Below are positions 24,901-38,815 of a DNA stretch of 64,000 bases, one piece after another (positions within the stretch are counted from its first letter, which is position 1; each line of letters opens with the position of its first letter). The notes below the pieces were generated by a model that saw only the letters and a program-made list of their open reading frames with translations, made no database searches and was not told the DNA's origin. The DNA is from Ramazzottius varieornatus (taxonomy: Eukaryota > Animalia > Tardigrada), in contig BDGG01000007.1 of NCBI GenBank assembly GCA_001949185.1, positions 631,401 through 695,400 of the forward strand, in the 5' to 3' direction. The position numbers and the translations under genes are program-made.

Positions 24901-27900
24901 GTGCGGGCCGGCCGCCATAATGTTTTCCAGCTTTCTCCTGGATGTATCTTGTTCTTTCGGGGCTATGGTATGTGAAGCCGTACTTTGGACTGGCTGTGCG
25001 GTTTCTTTGGGCGTTTTGTCTGGCTCCCTCAGGCCGACCGTGTGTTGTTCGCTCCTTGTAACCTCCAGCTTCTTCTTCTTTCTCTTTTCGAGGCATATCC
25101 AGTCAGAGTCGTCCGTTTTGGTCGGCGGACTGGGTGCGATGGCGAAAACGTCGCTGTTCTCGTCGACGTCCATGCTTTCATCGTTCACCATTCCGCCTAC
25201 AATGAAGAGAAATCCCGCTTGTTTTTGTTAGTCGGATTTTGAAGTTTGTTTTCCCAGTCTTTTTCTCGTTCATTTTTATATTATCGTGTTGTTGTCTCAA
25301 TTTTTACCTAAAGTTGGTCTTTTCAGACCTATTTCCACTCTGACTTCCTCATCCCCTTTCTCCAGCACGATCGGGATGTTGTCGATACTCTTTACACTAG
25401 GTGGTTGTGTGAGAAGTTGTGAAGGACCCGGCAGAGCAGGAGAAGGCACCACGAATTCTCGTTCGACATTGACCGAGCGTGGCTGGACAGAGCGTGGCGT
25501 CTTGGGTGTGCGCGGATTGAACGGGGTGACGGGCGTCACAGGAGAAGGGACACCGGAACCTGGCGAGGAGACGGGTGACATCTGGAGGACACTGCCCAGC
25601 TGCGAGTGTGGAGTGACGGGAGGTTGGCTATTGGGACCGTAGAAGCCAGGAGACAGGACTGAGGTGGAAGCGAAGTGCCGACCGCGCGCCGGCGTGGTTG
25701 GTGGTCGGAGACCGACGTCTGATGGACCTCCTGTACTGTTACCTGGAAAAGAAAAACGATTAGTGAGTAATAAACGTCCCATCCTACCCATGGAACAGAA
25801 AACAGAAGCCAGCATCATAAACACTGGTAACGCATTTGAAAGGGCGGTGTGCATGAACCTGCACACAGCGTGCCATGACAAGCACGCGAGTCAGTGCATG
25901 AAGGTTCACGAAAGACCAGTACGCAGCAAACTAAGCCGGAAAGGTGAGGAACTAAAAATAAGTCTCGTGGAAAGCGTGCCTATGCCTTGTCGAGTAGAGT
26001 TCTGCTTGTGTAATTCGGGCTGGTTGTGACTTCGGTTATCGCCGAAGGCATTTCTTCGACGATGGAAGGAACCTGAGGACTGAGGGCGTGACAACTCAAA
26101 AAGGCTCTGGTAGTCACGCTTGCTCTGTGCGTCTTGGTGGGCGGCTGCCTTGGCTTTCATGGCCATCTGGTTCAAGCCACCGATGGAGTAGTTGATGGGA
26201 CTGGACGTTGGACTGAAGGAACGCTGTGAAGTGGACAGCCCATCCGATGAGGACGACTCCTTCTTTGATCTAACAAAATTATTCGAAGGCGATTAGAAAC
26301 ATCTACACAACGGAATCCAAAACATGCTTGAAAGACCTTACATGTCACAGTCACAAGATCTCCTCTCGCTGGAATCCACTACGCTCTGAACCGAAAACTG
26401 CTTGGAGGGATTGGCTCCACTAAGCTTGAGTACGGTGATATCTTCCATCGATTGACTGTAACAGAATATTCGTTCTTCCTGAGTAACCATACCAAAAAGG
26501 TACTTTAGATTGAGAAAGGAAAGTTTCGTACCTTTTCTCGATGCGCGGTGGATGTTCCTTGCTAGATTTTAACACCGAGCTGTCTCGTAAAACGGAATGT
26601 ACAGCGCAGCCCATCTCACTCCTGCTCTGATCAGCTTCCATATCGGGGACTCCATTCAGGCCGGTTCTCTTCGAAGCCGAAGCGATCATCGTGTTCCTTC
26701 TCTTTTTCTTGAATTCTTTCCTGAGTTTGTCCAAACCAGTCAGACCCGTGTTTGACTTGATGGCTCCGGACTTTTCTTCGGCTTCGGGAACCAGCGGTGG
26801 CGCCGCGCCTTTCTTACCTGTAACATCAGTACCGTCAGTGAGAAGCATTTGGGACCTCAGCGAACAAACTCGACAGAATGGTTTGCAAAGTGCCGCAGAC
26901 TTCAGCGAACAACACTGGGAACGTGCGGGAAATACCCTTGTAAAACCTCGTTTGCCGAGCAAGGGTTTGCAATGTGCGGTACTCTTTGAAAGAGACGTCT
27001 TTAAAGTTAAGAAGAATCTTACCGTCGTCTGCGGACGTTGTCTGTGTTTTATCGTCATCGACGAGAAGGACGAAGGAAGCTGGATACAACATACGCATGT
27101 CCGACACGATCACTTCCACGAAGCATGGAAGGTTGGTCGCTCGATCTTGGCCTGCAAGAGAGTGATACCATATAATCACAGCAGAGGGACACCATAAAAT
27201 CACTCTACTGTGTAAGACGGGTTATATTGATACCTGGGTTTGGTGTTGCAGGAGCAGGACTTGCGCCAAGAGACGGATCGTTGGAGGAAGGACCGGGAGT
27301 GTTGGGATTGATCGGATCGGAGCCCGGACTATGGTGAAGTCCGCCCTGGACTTCAGGTAGGTCGAGCGGAAAGAAGAGCTTCCACTGCTGCAGAAGCTCA
27401 CGAGACTTTTCCGGCGATACGAACTTGCCCGTGAGGGTTCCTGCCAATCCATAGGGACAGAGAATCACTGCAAAAAAACACCAAAAGGTTGCAAAATTTT
27501 TCCAACGTTTTTCACGCGTAGGGAAGAGTTTTTAAATCTTGAGGAGATCTGGTTGATCTAAGTTGATTCGAAAACAGATATTGCGGAATATTTTACCGGG
27601 AAATTTTGCACCGGAAGTTGGTGGGTTCGCCGCCGTCGCCAAGTGTCCCTTCGTGAGACGAACCAGCTGTGGATGGATCTTGATGTTGACCATGGCACAA
27701 ACGGTGCTTTCTCCGTGCAGGAAGAAGTCGAAGGCGTAAGAGTAGCGGAGGCTGAGCTCGTCGTTGTTCCGTCCCGAAGAGCCCACATCGTGGGGCTGGA
27801 CGAACCATTTGCCCAGCCGGACGAACTTGTGAGTTAGGAGGCATCGTTCGATGAGAGTATGGAGCGCACGAAACAGGAGAAGTCGACATTCGTAAGCCAA

Positions 27901-28715
27901 ACCGACGTCCCATCCGCCGTTCTCCTCTTCTGCAAAACAACTGGAAGTGAGAACTGAGAAAGATCAGCAGATGCATTGTACCCAACGACCAACCAAACAC
28001 ATGGGACACAATAGGGTGTCTCGATCCGATCAAACGTAATACGATGACCACCACGTGACTATCTCCTTACATAATACTCCCCTATGGTCACGTGGGGTTA
28101 CGTTTGTTGTGATCCGACAACTGAACCATTACTACAAGTTAAACAATCGAGCATTTTGGAAAAAGCTATCTGCTTGCAAACTGTTTCCCATTCCCCACAA
28201 ACTTCTCTGCCTCCACCACGGACAAGAAAGTTTGCCCGAATGTTCAGAGAAGAATAGGGAAGAAAAGCATGGAGAGAAGCCCCGTGAAAGAGAGCACAGG
28301 AAACTGTTTCGTACCTGACAAATCTGGCGACAGCAGTTGGCTCAAGTCAGGCTCTTCCCCATACCAAAAGATCCACAGCTTCTTACAGACAGGTAGGTTA
28401 GCAGGGTTGTTGGACGGCACACGGTTCCAGGCAGCCAGCAGATTAGCGTTAAGGCACTTTCCATACGAGACGAGGACAGAGTCGCGCAGATGGGCATCGG
28501 GCAGAAGGTCAGTCTCCTTAATGGCGTCTCCACCGCGCTGATCACCAAAGCGTTTCCACTGTAGTCCATGGAGTTCCGTCTGTACAACGTTGAGAAGAAG
28601 TGGTACAGGGAGGGCGATCTATCATTTCGCAAGTACAGAAGGACCAACTTACCAGTGCAAAGACGTTCGTATGGCAGTTTTCTAAACTCGCGCCATTGCT
28701 AGACAGTGCGGCCAT
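18959..28715 (-). CDS. MED13: Mediator subunit 13 (multi-exon)
   Basis: N-term [21 protein letters not shown]; [12 protein letters not shown]; [25 protein letters not shown]; [12 protein letters not shown]; [26 protein letters not shown]; GPLTWKDF; EPYGAKRD; [16 protein letters not shown]; [10 protein letters not shown]; [13 protein letters not shown]; [16 protein letters not shown]. Confidence 0.96.
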
Positions 28716-30006
28716 GTGAGCGAGCTGATTGTTGATTGAGCGGGCATCAAAGGCCTGTCAATCAAGCAGACGACCACCACCAGGAATGAATCTCCATCCT
28801 CCGGCTTGCACATCCGACTTGTTCATCCTACGGAGGTTCCATCGGGATGCAGTACAGTTAGTTACCAAAGTCGAAAGGACCAAACAGGTTAAGATCAGGC
28901 GATAAATTACGGCAATGAATTAGATTTTCTCCAGCAAACAAACACAACGATCTGGTAATTCATTCGTTTAACCACAGTTTATCCCCAGTGATGTATCAAC
29001 ACTCAACAGTGCTCATTGTACGACAGATACGTCACGTTGTACGTCACTCTACGGCTGGCGAATTCCGGACGCGCATCCGCTCCTGATTGATGTATACCTA
29101 CCAGATCCCATTAGAGTAAAACCCTGGAAGCCTTGTAGTCAGCGAGACCAAGACATCAATCAAATCAATAACCGCCTTACCGTTTCGGCTGGTGGCTCGG
29201 GGCACCGCGGTGAGTGCTGTATCAGATACCGCCGGTCGGGTAGGGTTACGGCTGGGTCATGTGTTACCAACAGTCAACCATAAGACCATGTGGTCAGTTC
29301 ACAAATGGGAGCTGGATTCTGCAGTAGACAGATCAGTTCACTTGACACATCTTGCCATTCAATGCGTTACATCACGCAGTCAGGCTTGTCCGTCTGCTCC
29401 GTGTGAATCTGTGACTTTCTTTGCTTTCTTGTTCGATGCGGTGTACCGCGCGCCACTTGAATCTGGTGGTCTGTTACCATCTACGGAAATAAAACTCGAG
29501 ATCAATCTCGCAAAGATGGCGCTACGCTACTTCTGAAAGTTTGAAAGAACAGTCGAGCTCTGGTCCTTGGGCGTCACAGCGTCAGTCAAGATGGGGTTCT
29601 CTCAAACGTCTGAATTTCTACCTTCACAGGAAACAAAAAAGTCGGACATCGTTTGCGATAACAACGATAGGAAACAAGTGAAGAAGGATATCGTCGATCT
29701 GATATACCGCCGCCTGGCCAAAACTTGAAAAGTTCGCCCTTGGGTTCAGATTTTCCTCCATTTTCTTTCTTCCAGTTCCTTCTTTTTACAATCCTTTCCT
29801 CTATATACATTGCAAAAACAATAACGATAAGTAAAAACACTTCAAGGAAGAAGAAACGCGAACTTGTTACGCTAAGATCATGAAGAACTGGTGAAATTTA
29901 ACAAATTCCGGACCATTTCCGGTGCTCAAAGAAAAGGCCGTGCCGAGGATCCCGTTGGAAGGCCAACACTTGCTGGAAATTCCATTCAGTCTTGAAGGAG
30001 GAAATT

Positions 30007-30558
30007 CTATGATAACATCCCACCAGACATGCCTGATTCTTTCTTAATCATATCGATAGTCTCTCCATGAAGCTTTCTCTTGACCTCAGGAGGCACATCA
30101 TCGTTGGAGGAGTCTTTGTTATCGGCGATCTTTTTTTTGTCAGTGCTGCCCGGCGACAGCTTTTCCTTGTACTCGAGCGAGCCGTCGTCCGACTGAATCT
30201 TGTCCGATTTCACGCTACGCATCTGCTTCTCTCCTTCCTTGCCAGAGGAAGACACCCTCTTGGACGAAGGTTCATTGCTGGTATCGTTACCTCGACCTGA
30301 TCCGGTAGATGAATGTTGCTGCTTCTTAATTATTGCGTCAGGATCGCGAGGCGCGCCAGGTTCAGGGTTCGGATCTTGCTTCGTGGGTCCTACAAGCACA
30401 AGCGAATCCAGATGGATACAACTTTACAGAATACTCATTTACTCACCGGAAGTACCAGCTTGGGAGACGGCAGAGAATCTCAGGAATCGAAGGGAATTTG
30501 CAGTGAAGCCAGACTGGGCCACAGCCGTCCTGAAAAGAGAACGGCACAGGAACGACAT
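30007..30558 (-). CDS. Orphan ~164-aa hydrophilic protein with predicted mitochondrial presequence (exons 30447-30558, 30007-30389)
   Basis: MSFLCRSLFRTAVAQSGFTANSLRFLRFS is Arg/Ser-rich with no acidic residues; 57-nt GTGAGT...GTAG intron joins in frame to an S/K/D/E/G-rich body. Confidence 0.75.
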
Positions 30559-31000
30559 TTTTAGCTGGGAGCAAGCTCGGGGTTTCTCGGTTGTTCTTCA
30601 AACAGTGACGCGAAGAGTACCGCAACAATGCAAGCAGAACTCGAACTGAATGACGATAAGGTGCAGTAGCGGAAGAATCGTGCAGGAAAACTGGTCAGAT
30701 TGATTTCTGGCGTTGCTCGAGGAACCAGGTTTCAGAACCACGACCGGAAGTCAGCTGATTGGAAAATATATGTTGGTAAACAAACTAGAGTGCCCTGCCC
30801 CTGGGCGTAGAGATCAGGTCAGTGCCGAACTCGCCCAGCTCCGGGGTACCGAAGGTCACCCCAAGTAGCAGGGGCAAGGGGTCAACCGGATGCAGACTGC
30901 AAAGTGCAAACAAGTAGACATCGCATCAACATCCTCTCCAGCATCCCCTCTCGCTCCGTTGCTTTCATAACCTTGAGATCAGAGATGTAACCTATGAGCA
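30559..31000. promoter_or_regulatory. Probable bidirectional promoter between the orphan gene and LRCH
   Basis: Head-to-head genes about 0.55 kb apart; ACCGGAAGT (ETS-type) at ~30743 and ATTGG (reverse CCAAT) at ~30758. Confidence 0.4.
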
Positions 31001-31103
31001 TCACCCCTTCTCCCAATGTTTATACATGTTGTTCCTTTCTTTAGCCAGTAGTTTAGAGGAAGAAAAGCCTCGGAGGGTTTCGTTGCAGATTGACCAGACA
31101 CTG

Positions 31104-34100
31104 ATGGCGATGCATCTTCACAGTGGAGCTTCGGGAGGCGGATCAATGAACGGGCACGTTAATGAAGCCCAGTCCAGCGCCGCGGGTGCAGCATCGAACC
31201 GGAGCGTCGAAAGAATCCTGGATGATGCCCAAATGTCGGGAGAGCTCTGTCTATCCGGAAGAAGCTTGAAGACGTTCCCCTCTTTGGCAAAACATAACCT
31301 GATTGATACCTGCAAAGCTGGTAAGTTTGACTGTGTTGCTTGATTGCTGATCGAAAACCGGCTGTATTGGCAGCATAGTACAACGTGACGTCACGGCAGC
31401 AGTTCTCCTCCAGGTGTATTTACCCATCACGGCTCTGTCGCATCCTTGACGTCATGCGCGAGTTTATTAGGGTGTGTTATTGCTACTGTTTTTCCCCAGA
31501 TTTGTCCCGGAATCGTTTCGCGGAAGTCCCGGCTGAAGTTTGTGCCTTTGTTTTTGCGGAGCAACTTAACCTCAGCGAGAATTTGATACGTTCGGTACCG
31601 GATGCTTTCTCGCGTCTGCGATGCTTGGTCGAGCTCGATCTCAGGTGATAAAAACGGCCAGTAGAAATTTCGATCTGAAATCGGCGGATGATCGATTTTT
31701 TATCTGTCCCGCTGTCTGGACGTACAGACTTTTCCGAATCAAATGATGTTATGGCGTGATTGTCAGAGGATAATACTGTGAACCGGAACGTAATGAACCG
31801 TTAATGGTTCGGATCGTAAAAGACAAGCCCTCGTCTAATATTGATTTTTTGCTTCTATTCATAGCCGGAACAATCTCACGGCGTTCCCTGTTGTCTTCTG
31901 CAAGCTCCCGCTCCAAATCCTTTTACTGGATCATAACCGCATCTCATCGATACCTGAGGAAATAGGACAGATGCGTTGTCTGAAAGAACTGGGGCTGAGT
32001 TGCAACGAGCTGACGCGACTTCCGCTCCAGATTTCTACCGTAACAACGTTACGATCCCTTGACTTGCGGAAAAATCGTCTTTCTGAATTCCCAACCGGTA
32101 CTGTGTTACTCTGAGGTTCATAATATTTTCAAGACCCAGACTGAGCCAAACAAATAAACTGGATAAGATCGATGTTCCGAGTTGCGCATGCTTCCAGACA
32201 CCAACACTGCAAACATGCGCCACTTGGCAATACGATCTTGTCGAGTCCGGTTGCCTGACTTAGCTTCCATTTCGAACACTCATGACCCCTGTTTTGATTT
32301 TGCAGAAGTGATAAAAGTGCCTTTAACGCACCTGGATCTTTCCGAGAACGAAATTTCGACGCTGCCACTGTCTTTGATCTCGATGACGTCCCTTCAAACC
32401 ATACATCTTTCGCACAATCCCTTAGAATGTCCAGCTGCTCAAGTAATATTTCCCTCTTCCATTTCACCGAAAATTATTTCGCATGCTTTTGAATTATATC
32501 ATGAGTTTTCTCATAGATATGCGCAAAAGGAAAAATCCATATCTTCAAAAGCCTCGAGAGACTGAAGATGGGAAAAATTCTGCCAAACGGAAGTGAAGTT
32601 ACCCCCGCGAGGTAAACATCCCTGCTTACCGCTTCGGGACACTTTATACTTTGAAATGTTTTCTAGGAAAACGTCGCTGGGTTTCATGGGCCGGATGCAG
32701 TCCATGCCGGAGAAAGAACGCTCACCATACGCTCATCTTTCACCCGCCACAAAGTCGTTACCCAACGGCTCGGACTCACCCAAGACCCTCTCGCCTTTGG
32801 TCCCTCTACTCACTTCCTCGTTCAGCAAGAAACCCGACCCTCCAGTCTATGCGGTCCCTGACTCTACTCTTCGTCCAGTTCCGCAGTCGCCCAGCTGTCC
32901 CGTCAACCTGTCAAGCATCGCTCCACTGTCCAACGGTCATCTGGCCGTCACCCAGTCGTCTTCCAATAACAGCAGCACACCGAGCTCTTCCGCGACAGAA
33001 GTCCCATGTTCCGAAGGCGCTCAGTCGGTGGACTCGAGTGGGGCTTCTAATGAAGAAGTATCGGCGAGCTCGAAATCGTCGAATGATACGAAAGACACCG
33101 AGAAAAAGACGGTGAAAATTTCATCGCAAATTCCCAAAAAGTGAGCCAATCAATGTAATTGTACAGCCGAATCAGCCGAAATTGTATAGTTTGACCAATC
33201 AAGCCTAAAAACGGTTTCTAAGTCAATCCAACCCGCGGTTCGATAATTTTCCAAGTGGCGCACGCTTCCAGGCAATGATATCGAGAATGTGCTCGGCTTC
33301 GGAAAACAATCTTATCGCGTTTGCCTTTCTTCGAATGTTCATATTAGATTTTGTAACCTCGGGAATTGTGACGCTGTTTCAAGGTCTGGTTTGTGTTTCA
33401 GGAATATTTCGCCGTCGCATGTGCCGAATGGTACGGCGCTGCGGACGCCAAAAGGATCGATAGCAAGCCACAGTCCGACACCTCGAGGTACTACCAAGCC
33501 AGTCTCTGCCACCGCCGCCACAAATGGTCGTGTCGTGGCGCCACATGACTACAGTAGTCGCTCGAAGTCGTCCACAAATGTCCATGCTGAACCGGCTTCC
33601 AATGGGGTGGATGGTAAGGAAACGACTCCGGTAGAGTCAGTGAGAACACCGTCAACTCGACCAACATACCAGGTTGGAAGTTCAGTGGATTCTTTCTGTT
33701 TTCGCGAACTGGAATTAAATCGTTCTTTCATTTTTGAACATTCACCAGAAGCCGCCGATGGGTAGAAGAGAATCCGGAAGTTCGGGCGGCAAGCCCAGCG
33801 CTCTTGGAAGTACCGTACCGAGTAAGCACAAAAGTCCGGCGGACAAAAGTGACGGTAAAGATCCCAACCCCAACTTCACCATAAGACGACAGCAAGAGCA
33901 GTTGAGAGAAGAGTCAGAGAAAATCGACGCGCTTCGAAAGGTAAGCTCTTATCTCAAGCACTTTCATACGGTAGGACGTATGATTTTTCTCTCTGTCATT
34001 GTAGCACCTTGAAGCGAGGCTGAAGCTGAAGCTTCCGGAAGACCTGATGGACGCTCTGCAGGATGGCGTCATGCTGTGCCATTTCGTCAACAGCATCCGA

Positions 34101-35027
34101 CCGAGAAGTGTTGTGAGTATCCACGTACCCTCTCCCACGCAGAGTGGTGTCTTGAAGCTGACTAGCGCCAAGTGTCGAAGGAACGTGGAGAACTTCTTGG
34201 AAGCCTGTCGCCGCCTTGGCGTACCTGATGTAAGTTTGCGGTACTCTTACCTGTTTCTTCGTTTGCCTGCATTTGGCTCTTGTCTCGTTCTCTCTTTTCC
34301 TGGAATTTTATTATGGGTCCATTCGTTGTGTCTGTTTGGTTGAGCTTTTGGTTGAACGAGCTTTTGATGGGTTTTGTGAAGAGCCTCCTGCAATATTTCC
34401 CCCGGTGTGCTTTATTGTATCAGTTCGATTGTGCCGACATCTGTTCTTGTTTTTGTAAGGTGTGTATTCTTCGTGACTAATCTCTCCGCTCTACTTCTGA
34501 TGGCTTTTGCAGGAGGCTCTTTGCGAATACGCTGCCGCCGCTGACAAGGCTGAAACTAACCCAGACTGCTTGCTTTGGATACTGCAGTGTCTCGAGTCTG
34601 AAGCAGAAGCTTCTGTGATATCCCAGGAGAAAACTGACAGTCTCTTTGACAAGTCAACAGTTTCGCCGGCTAGAAACACTGACTGTTGGGATCGTTTTGT
34701 GGCCTGTCTGCTTTTGCTGGCTTTCTGTTTCCTCTTTGTCTGTGCAATTCTGTACTGGTGATCAGTTGATTGATTGACCCATCAGTCGGAATAATTTTGG
34801 CGTTTAATTTGATTTCCCCTTTTTCCGATCAGGCTCAAATCTGTACTTCGGCCGACATTCTGGAAGCCAAAAGTCCAGTAAAGATTTGCAGCAGCATCCA
34901 CCATCTGCTGACGAACGAAGAGAAGGCCCCGAAGCGGGGAGGAACAACAGCCGGAACTACGCCAAGGTCTTCCGCCCTGTTTTCCGCTCGGTCGACTACT
35001 GCTTTGCGCGATGTGTCTCTAGTGTGA
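31104..35027 (+). CDS. LRCH: Leucine-rich repeat and calponin-homology domain protein, with alternative terminal exons
   Basis: RSVERILDDAQMSGELCLSGRSLKTFP; DLSRNRFAEVP LRRs; PNFTIRRQ; DALQDGVMLCHFVNSIRPRSV.SIHVPSP..KCRRNVENFLEACRRLGVP CH domain. Confidence 0.93.
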
Positions 35028-35600
35028 TATTTCCAGATTTTGTACTTCCATCTCCTGTAACGTCGCACATTTTTGATAGCATTACAGAAAGATAATCAAT
35101 TCTCCTTGTGATTTTTCTTTACCGCGGCTCATTTTCACTTGCATTCTCGCCCTGTGGTACATATACAATATTGTGTTGTAGTAACCTGCTTATCCTCGTA
35201 CAATTTCGGTCTTTTTTAAGTTTGCGCTCTGCCTTGACTCAGATTCTCCTTTTTGCACAAAACAAACGACATTTTCGTCCATTTTGAGCACGTGAGATGA
35301 CTTTCGTGGAAGATGACAGTTTTCTGGGTGGTTCGTCAGATGCAGCGAGGGGTGAGCCGGTTGCGGTCAACTGTACCGTATGTATGTAATACCGGTTTGT
35401 TCAGCGGGGAAACAAATTAAATTTTCAAATAACTGTCGTGACGCAGCCTTCTTCCGGCCACAGTAGAATTGTAAGGCCGATTGAAAGTGAATACGAACAA
35501 TATTGGCTTCGAATTTAAATCTTTGGTCGTGCGTCAGGATTCTGTCATCGAGGTGAACGCAAGAAGGTGACGAGCTCCTAAGGGAGTCTACCTGCAGTTG

Positions 35601-36683
35601 TCAACAGCAATGGTTTCTAAAGGCGTGCCGGAAGCTTCCTACTGTGAGCAGGCAGATTAACGGATCGAGGATAGGACTTAGCGAGTACAATATGAAAACA
35701 ATCTCCAGCATACCGGGGATATAAGTGCCAAAAGCTAATGCGGTGAAAAATATTTGCGCTGGAAACAAGGAACCCAGAACGGTTAGGATTAGAAAAGACA
35801 AAGTGAGGAAATTTGCGTTACGTCTTTTATCTCTTGGAGCTCCGTCGCAACACACAGCGCGGACAACCGGAGGATTCTCGTGGGTATCTCCATCTGTATG
35901 GACGCTGAATCTTCGCGTTCGATGCGAATGTCGAGTGTAGGCGGAATCAGCTGCTGTCGCAGGCGCTGTTTTCGACTTACCGCGCCCTCGAACGATTTGC
36001 TTGAAGAGAATGAAAGGATAAGTGAGGAGGACTATGTCGATGGGAATGTTGAGAAGCACAAAGACGCTGAGCGGTCCAAAGACCGGTAGATTGACCATTC
36101 TAGTGGAGCAGCGCCGAATGTCAGGTTGGGCTCGCGGGGTTATCGTGTCGAGGACGACACCCGGAAGTAACCAGACCATGATGTAGATCCACATGGCTGA
36201 GCAGATGATGACGGGTCGTCGAGCTGCTGTGCTCGACCGGTGAGAACGGCGGTAAGATTCCGGCCAGACGACGGCCCAAAGACGGTTCATGGCGATCAAG
36301 AAGTGGGAAGTGTTAATGGCTGCTCCGCTGAGGAATGTCAAGTAACGCAGGAATGCGCAGAAGAGAACGGGTGGATAACGGGCGGTGAGAAAATCGTTAA
36401 TGAGGGTGACTGCGTAGTTCAATGAGGTGAAAAGCAAGTTGGCGGAGCAGAGGTTCGCTAGGTAGAAGTTGAAGGGTTTCCTAACAGACGAACTTTTGCA
36501 GAAAAGGAAAAGGACAACGGCGTTGAGGATAGTGGCGGTGATATTTATGATCAGGCTGAAAATGAACTGAAAGTTCCCTGGTGCTGGCGCGGTCTTGGTG
36601 GTGCTGTTACCGAAAATTCTGGCCAGCGTTTCGTTGCTCCAAACGCCGCTAAGATTACTGGCGAATAATACGGTGTTGTTCAT
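35601..36683 (-). CDS. Intronless orphan class A GPCR (360 aa)
   Basis: N-glycosylated N-terminus, 7 hydrophobic segments, PFNFYLANL, IAMNRLWAVVWP, PILDPLI. Confidence 0.88.
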   Translation of the reverse strand: MNNTVLFASNLSGVWSNETLARIFGNSTTKTAPAPGNFQFIFSLIINITATILNAVVLFLFCKSSSVRKPFNFYLANLCSANLLFTSLNYAVTLINDFLTARYPPVLFCAFLRYLTFLSGAAINTSHFLIAMNRLWAVVWPESYRRSHRSSTAARRPVIICSAMWIYIMVWLLPGVVLDTITPRAQPDIRRCSTRMVNLPVFGPLSVFVLLNIPIDIVLLTYPFILFKQIVRGRGKSKTAPATAADSAYTRHSHRTRRFSVHTDGDTHENPPVVRAVCCDGAPRDKRRNANFLTLSFLILTVLGSLFPAQIFFTALAFGTYIPGMLEIVFILYSLSPILDPLICLLTVGSFRHAFRNHCC

Positions 36684-38045
36684 TGTATCGAGTCACGAGT
36701 AAATACCTAAAAAACGGAAGGATTAAGAGACCGTAAGACGAACGGTTGAAAATGACTTTACTACGTTCGTAGCTTTTCAGCGAGCTCGGCAGCTCGATAG
36801 GAACGTATACAACATGGAATATAAATCGGTTGGACTTTTGGAAATCATGAAGTGCAGAACAAGCTAACGATCATGATCCCGCATCGTCAAAATGCTGGTC
36901 CTTCGGTAAGCACTCTTCATCATCAACCTTATCCGGCTTAAGAAGTGGTCATGCGGGTGTGTACATCGATCCTCAGTGTGGTACATGCGCTGTCAGAAAG
37001 AACGGCGGCCGGCAGCAATTAAGGCGGAGTCCGAGCACACGCGCGCCTCCACGGAAGCTAAGCAGATCAGGCGGATATCCCCGAAGAAGTACCGGAACTC
37101 TTGATCACCTGGTTGGCCCTTACAGAGCAGGAAACTGTGTAACTATCAATACAGTCAGGAGAAATTGACCGATATGTACGACCGAGTTCCGATGGAAGCC
37201 CGCTGTTTTAAGAGTCCTTCCGGACGTATGCGAATGTTAAACGTACCTTGTTCGTATCGGAAACACCAATTCAAGTTAGCGGACTGTAGGCCTACCTCTG
37301 TTTGAATAAACTGACTGGTAAGCTTTGTATGGTGTCATATACCGAAGCTTTGTTCTCGTTTGTAAGAGCTTAAGTGTGGTTCCTCTGGATCAGACCGCGG
37401 AGGAAATAACGCCATTGGATAGACGCAGGCTGGCGGCTGCGGTTACAGACGAACTGAGAAAAAGAAACGAAAGACATGACGTGCCTCTGAATTGTCTGTG
37501 GCAGAAATGCAGGCATAGCATCGTATCAACCGACGCGGCCGGCGTGCAGTATATATTATATTAATACAGAGGAGGTGTCCGGGAATAGAAACTTGTGGTA
37601 CACTGCCGAATGAAGCTCGCGCCGTATGTACAAGTATGGGGAGAATGCGTCCCTACCTGGAACTGCTGAGGCATGTAAAACGGACCAGATATCTATTGAT
37701 ACTTCACTAGTACGAAGACATACCGCGCGAGTTTCATATCGATACCAAATGCTCCCATGCCTTGTATATTGTATATTACGACACAAGGCTGAGGCTGAGA
37801 AACAGACTTATGGTTAACGCTGGAAAATCTGCCGGGAAAAACCAAATTGCTTTCACGAAGAACGCATACTCAATTTGAAAGAAAAGAACCGTAAAAGAAC
37901 ATTTGCATCATGGATCAGGCTAACGGGATGTACACGGGACGTTAATCGGAATCTGCCAACGTGACAAAACTGGTGGCACTCGTCGGCGTTTGTACATCCT
38001 GATCGTTGAGAGACTTGGTTGTGTCCAGAGGCGAAAACCAATGCA

Positions 38046-38255
38046 TACTTTAAACTACCGATCGAGTGGGACAAGATCGTTCCGAGTCCGTGTGAAAAGA
38101 CTGACCGGAACCAGCAGAATCTGCGCTTATGTGTGATGTCGTATCGATTAACTGATCGGTACACACGTTTACCAAATACTTCACCCACGATCCGGGGAGT
38201 CCTTTTGAATGGACCCGGACTCAATCCTGTCCCACTGGATCGGTAGTTTAAAGTA
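38046..38255. mobile_element. 210-bp TA-flanked MITE, copy 1
   Basis: TIRs TACTTTAAACTACCGATCGAGTGGGACA / TGTCCCACTGGATCGGTAGTTTAAAGTA; related copy at 58718-58927. Confidence 0.8.
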
Positions 38256-38815
38256 CGTTTCTCCCTGCTGGTCTTTGTGATCACTTCTATCAGGTCACGG
38301 AACGGACGTTCGGTGACAGGCATACGGCTGATTCTCCACTTGTAAAATAACCTGGATAAGAAAACTGGCTCACGGTTATTTTGACGGATTAACACCTTTA
38401 CCAGAGGCTACGGTAAAAATTTTCTCTCCGACGACAGGTATAGAGACGCCGTACAGGTACCGAATGAGACCTGGTTTCTGACATCCCTGGCACTCCATGA
38501 TCAACGACCCCCAGCTTCCCGGGGAGTTCGGAAAGCTCATGATCAAAACTGCAATCAAAGCCGTCCATCAGGTCATCCCTGTAGAATCTGTCGTGATGCA
38601 TGACCTTGACTCGGGCTGTTACTTTCTATAGCCAGGAATCTGACAAGTTACAGTAGGTGTACTCGCGTACGGCTTACCCCTGCAACAGGTAGATTGAAAC
38701 TTGGTATAGCAAAATCGACCACTTGCATGTTATCCTGATGTGAGCTCTTTAATACATGTCGATGAAGGCGTAGATTCCTGAGAGGAATGGGGTATACCAA
38801 TAACATGGTTTTCCG

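Noticed and set aside
37853-38395. ORF similarity between 37.9-38.4 kb and 58.7-59.0 kb
   Set aside because: Explained by two copies of a non-coding 210-bp MITE
36900-38700. Upstream exons of the 43-kb GPCR fragment
   Set aside because: Too degenerate to assign
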